Positions 28,035-36,360 of a DNA stretch of 64,000 bases are shown here, piece by piece. The DNA comes from an uncultured Candidatus Saccharibacteria bacterium (GTDB lineage Bacteria > Patescibacteriota > WWE3 > 2-01-FULL-39-13). The position numbers and the translations under genes were made by a program. Location: positions 339,535 to 403,534 of the forward strand of contig OZ246395.1 of assembly GCA_965230915.1 (NCBI GenBank), in the 5' to 3' direction. Below the pieces are notes generated by a model. It had not been told where the DNA came from. It saw nothing but the letters and a program-made list of their open reading frames with translations, and did not search any database. Positions within the stretch are counted from its first letter, which is position 1, and each line of letters starts with the position of its first letter.

Positions 28035-28130
28035 GGCTAGATATTACAATATCTGTAGATTTTAGTCAATAATCGCGGTTTTTTCGTCAAATCTCGACTT
28101 AATTACTGGTTTAATGTATAATTTCGGAAT

Positions 28131-29063
28131 ATGTTTACAAAAACTATATTTGCTTCGAAAGTCTCAACAGATGTGAAAAATGCGATAAAAGACTGTCTTT
28201 TATGCTTTATATACCGTAAGCAAGACTTGATTACATTTCTTAAATCTTGTAATTTTACGAGCCAAGATTTGCGCATGGTTACTACAAATCTCACAAAGTC
28301 TCAAATAATCGACATGTCATTTTCAAATATTGAATCTAGGCCGGATAAAGGGGTCGTCCAATATAAGTCTGTGATTGAGACTTTGATCTTTTGGAGTGAT
28401 TTTGATTCCTATTGGTTTAGAAACGGCAACTTAGATAAGGATGTTGCAATTGAAAGTCAAAATAGGTTAAAGAAAATTCTTAGTGTGAAAACGGATCAGG
28501 ATAGACTCAAACAAGAGGAGATTCAAAGAAAAACTCAATTAGAATCGATTAAAAGCAAGCAAAAGACGCTAGAAGACTTGAATGAAAGGTTTACAGTTCT
28601 ATGTAAAATGTCTGAGAATGCGCAGAAAAGAGGGATTGAATTCGAGAAATTCTTAGTGGACTTGTTTAACTTGTCTGATATAAAAATTGACGCCCCGTTT
28701 AAATTAAAAGGAGAACAGATTGATGGAAGTATAAATTTAGGGGGCAATAATTATATTTTAGAAGCTAAATGGCAAGATTTAGCTTCTGCCAACGATCAGC
28801 TATATCAATTTGCTTATAAAATTGAAAGCAACACCCTCTATCCTAGAGGGATATTTATATCTATAAATGGATACTCTAGTGAAGTTATTGATAGAGTTAC
28901 CCATAATAAGAAGCCACAGTTAATATTAGTTGATGCTAGCGATCTGCTTTTCGTATTAGAAGGACGTGTAAATTTATCAGATTTGCTGAACTTGAAAATA
29001 AAACATGCACAAACTCGAGGGGAAATTTATATAAACGCTTTTAAATTATTAGAAGCTAAGTAA
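28131..29063 (+). CDS. Mrr-like PD-(D/E)xK restriction-endonuclease-domain protein with N-terminal unknown domain and coiled coil
   Basis: C-terminal half: GIEFEKFLVDLF ... KGEQIDGSINL ... YILEAKWQD matches the Mrr_cat core (G.FE; D.G.ID; E.K). Transcribed divergently from the ATPase with only 6 nt between a TATAAT box (28113-28118) and the ATG, suggesting a near-leaderless mRNA. Confidence 0.5.
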   Translation: MFTKTIFASKVSTDVKNAIKDCLLCFIYRKQDLITFLKSCNFTSQDLRMVTTNLTKSQIIDMSFSNIESRPDKGVVQYKSVIETLIFWSDFDSYWFRNGNLDKDVAIESQNRLKKILSVKTDQDRLKQEEIQRKTQLESIKSKQKTLEDLNERFTVLCKMSENAQKRGIEFEKFLVDLFNLSDIKIDAPFKLKGEQIDGSINLGGNNYILEAKWQDLASANDQLYQFAYKIESNTLYPRGIFISINGYSSEVIDRVTHNKKPQLILVDASDLLFVLEGRVNLSDLLNLKIKHAQTRGEIYINAFKLLEAK

Positions 29064-29082
29064 TATTTTGTATGCTTTCAAT

Positions 29083-29157
29083 GATTAATCCGTGATTCAA
29101 GTTGTCGACGGAGAGATAAAGATTTTGACTGAAGGAATTGTTAAGAAATACAATTAA
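29083..29157 (+). pseudogene. Degraded duplicate of the 3' end of the peptidase-S51 gene (last ~25 codons, with an in-frame stop)
   Basis: Hand alignment gives ~78% nt identity over ~78 nt to 31191..31268, including an exact 17-mer GTTAAGAAATACAATTA. It translates in the same frame to D*SVIQVVDGEIKILTEGIVKKYN* versus DNSAIQVVNGEMKIIGEGVVKKYN*. Confidence 0.5.
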
Positions 29158-30143
29158 CTTCCAGCTTTTCTCAACTCCTCCAACAACCTCTCTTCCACTT
29201 CAACCTCCCCTGCTTCCATATTCATCTTCAAAGTTTTATTACTCTGTTCTCCGGAAACAAAAATCTCGTCCACTCCATCTAACTTCTTTGCTCCCTTTAT
29301 AGCTCCAACAATTCTTGAATTCTCCTTCTTAAAATCATCTGCACTTGTCAAAATATTTGGATCAATCGCGATAACAAGATTTCCGGAATTATCGCTGTCG
29401 TCATCAAATGAATCGGCTTGAACTAAAGAGCCGGCGAATATTTGAACGATCAATGCGAGGCCAGAGCCTTTGTGTCCGCCGAAAGTTTTTATTGCGCCGT
29501 CCATAATTTCTGCTGGATCAGTGGTTTCGGCACCAGTAGAGTCGTATCCCAAGCCTTCTGGTAATTTGCGACCAGCGGTCTTGGCTTCGATTAATCCGTA
29601 ATATGCGATTGCTGATGTCGACATATCTAAAATTATTGGATCACCTTCGGTTGGAACTCCATATGCAAATGGATTTGTGCAAAACATTGCTTCGATAGAT
29701 CCGAACGGCGCAGTCGTTTTAAATGGAGCTGACGCGAATGCGATTCCAATTAAATTTTGTTCTGCAATTTTTTGAACATAGTAGCCGAGAGCTCCGGTTG
29801 ATTCGCCGGTATTAAAATTTCCGGCAATTCCGATTCCTGATTTTTTAGCTTTCTCGATTGCGATATCGCATAACGAATCCATGACGACCATTCCGTTTGT
29901 GTGATTTCCATTAACTAGTGCTGATACCGGAGTTTCTTTTATGGTTTTTGGTTCAGATGCTTCAGGATTTTTTGGAAGCCCATTGCCGATTAATTTAACA
30001 ACGCCTTGGTTGCTGCCACGAAGTTGAGCGTACATTAAAACTTTTAATATTGTTTCTGCCTCTTTGTCGGTGTAATTAAATTTTTCGATAAGTATTTTGC
30101 GGGCGAGATCTTGTAATTCGGTTATGGCGATTTTTGTTTTCAT
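29154..30143 (-). CDS. Ldh_2-family (malate/L-lactate dehydrogenase-like) oxidoreductase
   Basis: N-terminal ELQDLARKILIEKF...EAETILKVLMYAQLRG and C-terminal HKGSGLALIVQIFAGSL segments match the PF02615 fold. The catalytic His of the usual SHG motif is replaced (SNQG), so activity is uncertain. Confidence 0.55.
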   Translation of the reverse strand: MKTKIAITELQDLARKILIEKFNYTDKEAETILKVLMYAQLRGSNQGVVKLIGNGLPKNPEASEPKTIKETPVSALVNGNHTNGMVVMDSLCDIAIEKAKKSGIGIAGNFNTGESTGALGYYVQKIAEQNLIGIAFASAPFKTTAPFGSIEAMFCTNPFAYGVPTEGDPIILDMSTSAIAYYGLIEAKTAGRKLPEGLGYDSTGAETTDPAEIMDGAIKTFGGHKGSGLALIVQIFAGSLVQADSFDDDSDNSGNLVIAIDPNILTSADDFKKENSRIVGAIKGAKKLDGVDEIFVSGEQSNKTLKMNMEAGEVEVEERLLEELRKAGS

Positions 30144-30192
30144 AAGCGGAGTATAGCAAAATGAACATTATTTTTTGATATAATTTGCAATT

Positions 30193-30630
30193 ATGAACGA
30201 TGAATCAATACAACCTGTAGAAATCGATCTAACATTATTAGCTGAACAAGCTCTTGAAGACCATCAAAATAAAGATACTTACATAGTATTAGATCCTGAA
30301 AATGGAACCGAATCAGTACATCCATATTTCTATTGGGATGCTGCTGCTGCGGTTATCTCAAGAATTATTGAGGAATCAGGTATTGACCCCATTGATCTAT
30401 TTAAACGACTTAAAGATCAAGGTGGATATGAAGACAAGCCTTGGAAATTTAGTTCAATTTCTAGTGGCGCGGTTGAGGAATATGGAACTTTTGGTGAAAT
30501 GTTTTTGAACTTTTCTAGAGATGCACTTTCTTTGAAAATGGTCGAAATGAATCCGAATGTCTATGATTTGGATGAAGAAAAAAGAAGGATTGCTGGAACT
30601 AATAATCCAACTTATTTTGAGGATTCTTAA
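30193..30630 (+). CDS. Hypothetical acidic protein
   Basis: 145-aa ORF; its stop overlaps the pepE-like start (ATGA); no motif. Confidence 0.4.
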   Translation: MNDESIQPVEIDLTLLAEQALEDHQNKDTYIVLDPENGTESVHPYFYWDAAAAVISRIIEESGIDPIDLFKRLKDQGGYEDKPWKFSSISSGAVEEYGTFGEMFLNFSRDALSLKMVEMNPNVYDLDEEKRRIAGTNNPTYFEDS

Positions 30631-31268
30631 TGAAACTCATCCTCTCCTCATTTGGAATCACCAACCAAACAATCGCAAATTCGCTTCAACAATTAGTCGG
30701 TAAATCGCCTTCTGAAACAAAAGTCGGATTCATTCCAACCGCTGCAAATATTGAACCCGGCAACAAAGACTGGTTCTTTTCGCAAATCGATGGGCTTCAC
30801 AAATTCGGATATAACTATGTAGATGTAATCGATATCTCCGCCAGCGATGTAGATTGGCGCGAGCGCTTATCTCAAGTCGATGTAATTTTTATGAGTGGCG
30901 GAAACACATTCTATCTATTAAAATGCATTCGCGATTCTGGATTCGACCTTTGGTTCAAACAAAATCTCGATAAATTTGTGTATGTCGGTTCGAGCGCCGG
31001 AGGAATTGTTTGTACTCCGACGATTGCGATTGCAGGTGTTGAACCTGGTGATATTAATTATTCTAAATTAACAGATTTAACTGCGATGAATTTGGTCGAT
31101 TTCGAGGTTTCTCCACATGTTCCAGAAATGCTGCCTTACGAAAATAATGAAGCTTATGCAAAAACGATCAAGAATACGCTTTATTGTTTAGACGATAATT
31201 CTGCGATTCAGGTTGTGAATGGTGAGATGAAGATTATTGGTGAAGGTGTTGTTAAGAAATACAATTAG
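30630..31268 (+). CDS. Peptidase S51 (dipeptidase E-like) family protein
   Basis: FIPTAA...FMSGGNTFYLL..GSSAG pattern typical of the Ser-His-Glu triad context of PepE/cyanophycinase-like class-I glutamine-amidotransferase-fold peptidases. Confidence 0.7.
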   Translation: MKLILSSFGITNQTIANSLQQLVGKSPSETKVGFIPTAANIEPGNKDWFFSQIDGLHKFGYNYVDVIDISASDVDWRERLSQVDVIFMSGGNTFYLLKCIRDSGFDLWFKQNLDKFVYVGSSAGGIVCTPTIAIAGVEPGDINYSKLTDLTAMNLVDFEVSPHVPEMLPYENNEAYAKTIKNTLYCLDDNSAIQVVNGEMKIIGEGVVKKYN

Positions 31269-31376
31269 GCTTAATTTATACAATTTCCCGACCAATTTAT
31301 AAACTTGAAAAGGGCTCTTATATAGCCCTTTTCAGTTATCGCGCTTAATTTTGCTAAACTAATTTTCGTTGTTTTC

Positions 31377-31835
31377 TCATTTATTAATACCTATGCTATG
31401 TTTCATTCTCATGCCTAAGCCTATTGCCTGTAAGTCGATACCATTTTCTTTTGCCCAATTTTTGAATTCTGTCCTTTCGGTTTCCCTTTTTTCTTTAATT
31501 TGTTCGCGTGTTAAACTTTCAAAATTCGGCCTATTGTTTTGTCTTTCTTCTAGTTTTGCCACTAATTTTGTTTTTTGATCTTCGGAAAGTTTCCCTTCGC
31601 TAACCAAAGAATTTAATTTTGTTTCTAGATTAGCCGATCTGGTCTCGTGCATTTCGTCTCGGTGCTCGTCGAAAACTTGTTGCACATCATCTTTATTAAG
31701 ATTAAATTTTTGTGCAATTCTATCTACAATCGACGTTCCTGCCATTGTCGTCGATTGAGCGTTTATAGTCCCTACTCCTAATGTCGCGAGTGTTACAACT
31801 GCGGCTGCACTTGCTAGTAATATTTTTTTGTTCAT
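31377..31835 (-). CDS. Secreted hypothetical protein (signal peptide, Lys/Glu-rich helical)
   Basis: N-terminal LLASAAAVVTLATLGVGTINAQS signal; remainder charged and helical. Confidence 0.45.
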   Translation of the reverse strand: MNKKILLASAAAVVTLATLGVGTINAQSTTMAGTSIVDRIAQKFNLNKDDVQQVFDEHRDEMHETRSANLETKLNSLVSEGKLSEDQKTKLVAKLEERQNNRPNFESLTREQIKEKRETERTEFKNWAKENGIDLQAIGLGMRMKHSIGINK

Positions 31836-31959
31836 ATAGTTTTCACCCCCTTAGATGATAGTTCGAGTATTGCAACCGTGGCTGAGATTATCCTGTAGTC
31901 TTTTTTGGTATAATAATGGCCGCACAGTAAATCCAATATATAGAGATAGGAGAAAGCAA

Positions 31960-32469
31960 ATGTTTTTTGTGCCAGTAATGTATGATAGCAATCCGGATGC
32001 ACGTTTTGACTTGAGCAAAGAGCAAGTCAAAGGTCTGAAATCGCTCTACGTCTACATCTTTGGTAACGATTGGAAGTACGAGCTAGCGATCTTATTCGCA
32101 TTGCTCGGAGGGCATATGGCTCGGATGTTCTTAAGTTCTAAAGAAGAGGAATTTATTGAGGGCAGCGTTGTTTTCATGTATGGGTTTAAGGAATTGTTTA
32201 TCCCTTGGGCAAACAGGCTTCTTCTGAAACCCGAGGTGAAGGCTAAGGTGACCCATATTATGCTTCTCGTTCTTGAGATCAAGTTTGGTGATTTATGGCC
32301 GACTAAGATCGCCGAATTCACTTCAAACTATTGGGTGCCTACAAAATCTGCCGTACTCGAAGTCAGCGTGCAGGAAACATTTTTGCACGAAGTTGCGGAA
32401 TTAGTGCAACGCTATCCGATCGAGTTTATCGAGTGGATGGCAAATACGCCGGGCAACAAACCCGAATAA
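31960..32469 (+). CDS. Hypothetical protein (GC-enriched ORF)
   Basis: Extended -10 (TGGTATAAT at ~31900) and AGGAGAAAG SD precede the ATG at 31960 (the track ORF starts earlier at 31855); ~45% GC versus ~33% in neighbouring genes. Confidence 0.4.
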   Translation: MFFVPVMYDSNPDARFDLSKEQVKGLKSLYVYIFGNDWKYELAILFALLGGHMARMFLSSKEEEFIEGSVVFMYGFKELFIPWANRLLLKPEVKAKVTHIMLLVLEIKFGDLWPTKIAEFTSNYWVPTKSAVLEVSVQETFLHEVAELVQRYPIEFIEWMANTPGNKPE

Positions 32470-32489
32470 CTGTGCTTTGTGCCCACCTG

Positions 32490-32535
32490 ACCTACTGGCG
32501 GTTATTTTTACCGTCAGTAGGTGTTTATTTTTTAT
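32490..32535 (+). terminator. Rho-independent terminator
   Basis: ACCTACTGGCGG-ttattttta-CCGTCAGTAGGT (12-bp stem, one G-U pair) followed by GTTTATTTTTTATT. Confidence 0.6.
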
Positions 32536-32572
32536 TCAGCCAAACCTCAGAAACAAAACTATAATATTAGTT

Positions 32573-33250
32573 ATGAAGATTCTTATTATCGAAGACGACC
32601 ACAAAATATCATCTGCAATTAAACGCGGATTAGAACAAGAAAATTTTTCAGTAGATACCGCATACGATGGCGATGACGGTTACGATCTTGCCGAAACTGG
32701 CGATTATGCTGCGATTATTTTAGACTTAATGCTTCCTAAATTAGATGGTTACGAGGTATGCAAAAAACTTAGAAAAGAAGATGTGCATACTCCGATTATT
32801 ATGCTTACAGCACGTACGGAACTCGAGGATAAAGTTAATGGCCTAAATATTGGAGCGGATGACTATCTGCCAAAACCATTTGCTTTTGAAGAACTTTTAG
32901 CTCGTGTTCGTGCCTTAATTCGACGCCCAAATAATTTAACTGACAATAAACTTTCATACGAAGATTTGACCCTAGATACAAATACTTTTCAGGTCATGCG
33001 TAATGGCACCGAAATTCAACTTTCACGAAAGGAATACACGGTTTTAGAATTTTTGCTTCGAAATAAAGAAAAGATTGTTACAAAAGATCAATTAATAAGT
33101 CGGTTATGGGATTACGAGTCAGATATTTTACCGAATACAATTGAACAATACATTTCGTATTTAAGAAATAAAATTGACCGCCCTTTTAATCACAAACCAA
33201 CTTTAATTAAAACTGTCAGAGGATTTGGGTATAAAATATCATCTAAATAA
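32573..33250 (+). CDS. OmpR-family response regulator (REC + winged-helix)
   Basis: MKILIIEDD..., phospho-acceptor context AAIILDLMLPKLDG, C-terminal winged helix LSRKEYTVLEFLLRN...RGFGYKI. The track ORF starts upstream at 32477; the ATG at 32573 fits the domain boundaries. Confidence 0.9.
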   Translation: MKILIIEDDHKISSAIKRGLEQENFSVDTAYDGDDGYDLAETGDYAAIILDLMLPKLDGYEVCKKLRKEDVHTPIIMLTARTELEDKVNGLNIGADDYLPKPFAFEELLARVRALIRRPNNLTDNKLSYEDLTLDTNTFQVMRNGTEIQLSRKEYTVLEFLLRNKEKIVTKDQLISRLWDYESDILPNTIEQYISYLRNKIDRPFNHKPTLIKTVRGFGYKISSK

Positions 33251-33268
33251 GTTAAAAATTATGAAAAA

Positions 33269-34297
33269 ATGAAAAATATATTTGACTCTGCAAAAATAAA
33301 ATTAACTGCTTTGTATTTAGCCATCATTATGGCTGTTACTGTTTCTTTTAGCATTTTTATTTTTCACGGAGTCAACGAAGCAACTAAGCACGCACTTGAT
33401 ATTCAACGTGCACGTGTTGAACGTCAATTATCCAGAGTCCCGGCACAGTTTCGCGGAAATGTAGTGTTCGAAGATTATAATACAAACGCTATTTTAGAAA
33501 TTCGCGAGAAAGTTTTGTATAACCTCTTTTTTGTAAATGCTTTCATTTTTATAGTCTCTGGAACTCTTGGTTATTATTTAGCTGGTCGAACATTAGAGCC
33601 TATAGAGCAAATGTTGCTTAAGCAGAAAAGATTTATTTCTGATGCGGCACATGAACTTAAAACTCCACTTACTGCAATAAAGGCAGATTTAGAAGTAACT
33701 TTGAGAAGTAAAAATTTAGAATTATCAGAGGCTAAAGATGCTATGAATCGCACTTTAGAAGAAATAGATTCCCTCTCTGCAATAACTGCAAACTTATTAG
33801 CAACAAGCAAACATGAATTAGTTGACTCTTATAAAAAAGATATAAATATTTTTCAACTAAATAACCTTATAAATAAGGTTGCGAAAAAATATGCGGCAAT
33901 AACAAAAGAAAAAAACATAAGAATTATTGAAAACTTAGCAGATGTAAAAATAAAAGGTGACCAAAAAGACATCGAGCAGGTTTTGAATAATATTATTGAT
34001 AATGCGATCAAATATTCTAAAGACGATTCAAGTATAAATATCGTATTAACTCAAAATAATAAAAAAGCTGAAGTGAAAATCGAAGATGAAGGAGTCGGAA
34101 TTGCCGAAAAAGATTTAGCCCATATATTTGATCCATTTTATAGAGCTGATATATCAAGAACAAAATCTAAAACCGAAGGTTATGGTTTGGGCCTTGCTAT
34201 AAGTAAAGACATTATCGAATCGTATGGTGGAAAAATTGAAGTTACAAGTAAGCCAAATAAAGGATCAACCTTCACTATTACCTTGCCAGCAATATAA
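33269..34297 (+). CDS. Sensor histidine kinase (HisKA + HATPase_c)
   Basis: TM helix, H-box SDAAHELKTPLTAI, N-box NIIDNAIKYS, G-boxes EDEGVGI and GYGLGLAI. Confidence 0.85.
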   Translation: MKNIFDSAKIKLTALYLAIIMAVTVSFSIFIFHGVNEATKHALDIQRARVERQLSRVPAQFRGNVVFEDYNTNAILEIREKVLYNLFFVNAFIFIVSGTLGYYLAGRTLEPIEQMLLKQKRFISDAAHELKTPLTAIKADLEVTLRSKNLELSEAKDAMNRTLEEIDSLSAITANLLATSKHELVDSYKKDINIFQLNNLINKVAKKYAAITKEKNIRIIENLADVKIKGDQKDIEQVLNNIIDNAIKYSKDDSSINIVLTQNNKKAEVKIEDEGVGIAEKDLAHIFDPFYRADISRTKSKTEGYGLGLAISKDIIESYGGKIEVTSKPNKGSTFTITLPAI

Positions 34298-34327
34298 TAA
34301 GACATATTTTGAAATATATTCTGCTAA

Positions 34328-35563
34328 TTATTTAACTAGAATAATCGCATTAGCAAGTGGCCTACCTGGGCCAACAACATATTTCCCGTTTACATACATT
34401 GCGGCTGTTCCTCCTCCATCTAGGTTTAGCGCACTTTTGGCCCCCAGTGCTTTAATTGCATAGGCAGCGTCAACAACGCTTGCTTTTGTAACATAAGCTA
34501 AGTAAATATTATTATCGTCGATTCCTAAAACTCCGCGGGTACCTTTTGTAGATTGGGACGAATCAATGTCGCCTGAATCAACCACTACGTTTCCACCTGA
34601 AACTAGAAATGGATAATTGGAAATTGCAGCACTAACGCTTCCTCCGCCAAAATCAGATGTGCTTTCGTAACCTTTTACACTTGATCCATTAAAAGTAATA
34701 AGGCCTGTATCTCCCCATGAAAGTGCATCTTTATTTAGCCATTTGCCGTCGTTACTATCGTATAAAGCAAAATCAAAAGACCATTTTTTGTCAGCACAAG
34801 CAGCATAATCGGCGGGACATTCATAAGAGCCCGCGATTCCGGCGTATGCATTATTTTCATTTATATATTCTTGCAGAGATTTTGTTGCGCAATCATTTTC
34901 ACAATCGTCTTCGATTGCGGCTAAAGTTTTTACGCGAACTGAAGATTTTGATGCTTTGATTAAGTAAACGCCAAATTTTCCGCGTTCTGTGTCTACGGTA
35001 ACAAAGCTATAACCATTTCCGCCGGCCGTCGCAGGAGGAGGAAGCGTCGCCAAATATTTTTTATAATCATCTTCTAATTTTTTCGATTCGTCGGATATAG
35101 AAGCTGAAAGCTCGTCAAACTTTTTGTCTATTAATAGTTGCCCCCATGTTTTTGTTGCTTCATTAGCTGAATCGGTCTTTAATTTAACGTCGGTGTTTCG
35201 TTTTAGTTTTGTTTGAAAGGCTTGGTAGTCGGTATAAATTTGATTGACTTTTGTGTACGTACTCCCCTTCTCGGTATTTTTTAGTTCTTCTAATTCTAAA
35301 TTAAGTGTAGCGAGTTCGCCTTCGAGTTTTATTTTTTCAGCGAGTTCCAGATGATCTATAAAAAGTTGATCGTCGAGGTTTTCGTTAAGATTGTTATAAG
35401 TCTTTTCAATTTGGGTTACTTTTTCATTTACTTTATTGTCTAACTTTTGAAGGTTTTGGCTCGATTCATAACGCACATAAATTATGAAGCCAAATAAGGC
35501 GATAATTAAAATTAGCCCGAGAATTATTGAGTTTTTAGGCTTATTGATGCGGGACAGTAACAT
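34328..35563 (-). CDS. Phosphodiester glycosidase (NAGPA/DUF2233) family protein with N-terminal TM anchor and coiled coil
   Basis: C-terminal LNLDGGGTAAMYVNGKYVVGPGRPLANAIILVK is the conserved end of the DUF2233 family; N-terminal TM and ~150-aa coiled coil. Confidence 0.65.
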   Translation of the reverse strand: MLLSRINKPKNSIILGLILIIALFGFIIYVRYESSQNLQKLDNKVNEKVTQIEKTYNNLNENLDDQLFIDHLELAEKIKLEGELATLNLELEELKNTEKGSTYTKVNQIYTDYQAFQTKLKRNTDVKLKTDSANEATKTWGQLLIDKKFDELSASISDESKKLEDDYKKYLATLPPPATAGGNGYSFVTVDTERGKFGVYLIKASKSSVRVKTLAAIEDDCENDCATKSLQEYINENNAYAGIAGSYECPADYAACADKKWSFDFALYDSNDGKWLNKDALSWGDTGLITFNGSSVKGYESTSDFGGGSVSAAISNYPFLVSGGNVVVDSGDIDSSQSTKGTRGVLGIDDNNIYLAYVTKASVVDAAYAIKALGAKSALNLDGGGTAAMYVNGKYVVGPGRPLANAIILVK

Positions 35564-35625
35564 CAGTATCTCTATTCTAACCTGTTTTTAAGTTTAAAAG
35601 CCACCTTTTCACTCCGAGGCGGGAG

Positions 35626-35654
35626 TTGACCTATAGTTTACTAAGGTTTATAAT
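35626..35654 (+). promoter_or_regulatory. Consensus sigma70-type promoter TTGACC-N17-TATAAT
   Basis: TTGACCtatagtttactaaggttTATAAT, ~60 nt upstream of the ATG at 35714, with a GAAAGGAAAG SD. Confidence 0.5.
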
Positions 35655-35713
35655 CTTGGACATTCCTAGCCCAAGTACACTACGGTTTTATACAGATCAG
35701 AAAGGAAAGTTCT

Positions 35714-36235
35714 ATGGGTACCCGTCCTTTTCGCAGTCGCAATTCGTCCAAGTCGAACAGTTCTGCTCCGTCGGTATTGCCAGTTGTTTTTTGCCCCTGC
35801 TCGACGAGAACTAACCTAACTAACCCGCTAAGAATCGACGAAGAAGTTCTCACGAACATCTTGGAATGCGATTTTCCATGGCGCGAAGTCTACTACACAC
35901 TTATGAATCACGGACTCAGGTCCCAACAGGCTTGCTACTCGATCGGCGGCGTCAAAGAGCTTTTGTTTTTGTCGGCATTTTCAACAGCGCCCTTGGGTAT
36001 AAACCATGCATTTGTTTGCCAGGCATGGGCAGCGGCCATCGAACGGAAAGAATCTTACTCATACTTAATGGGTGAAATTGCCATTGCATCGTGCCACTTG
36101 GGTTTTAATGTTGAGCGAGTCGATAACTCTGAACTCTTCGTCACCGACGAGATGATAAGAAGATTCAACGAGGCGCATGCGGCGTATTTTCCGCATTCGC
36201 GAGTCTGGCCTCATCGTTATAAGCAGTACGCTTGA
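35714..36235 (+). CDS. Hypothetical protein (GC-enriched, ~48% GC)
   Basis: 173-aa ORF behind a consensus promoter; Cys/His/Trp-containing; no recognisable motif. Confidence 0.45.
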   Translation: MGTRPFRSRNSSKSNSSAPSVLPVVFCPCSTRTNLTNPLRIDEEVLTNILECDFPWREVYYTLMNHGLRSQQACYSIGGVKELLFLSAFSTAPLGINHAFVCQAWAAAIERKESYSYLMGEIAIASCHLGFNVERVDNSELFVTDEMIRRFNEAHAAYFPHSRVWPHRYKQYA

Positions 36236-36360
36236 TTCTGATTTTGACTAAAACCTAGTTATAATCCGAGCGAGGGCTTTAAATCCTAAAAAATTTAAAC
36301 CCTCGTTCGGCCAGCTTTCTTTTTGCATCCACCCTATATATAAGATAAAATTTCGCAAGT

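Noticed and set aside
31855-31959. Track start of ORF 31855..32469
   Set aside because: The first 35 codons overlap the -10/SD region (TGGTATAAT ... GGAGAAAG) that would drive the ATG at 31960; the shorter ORF was adopted.
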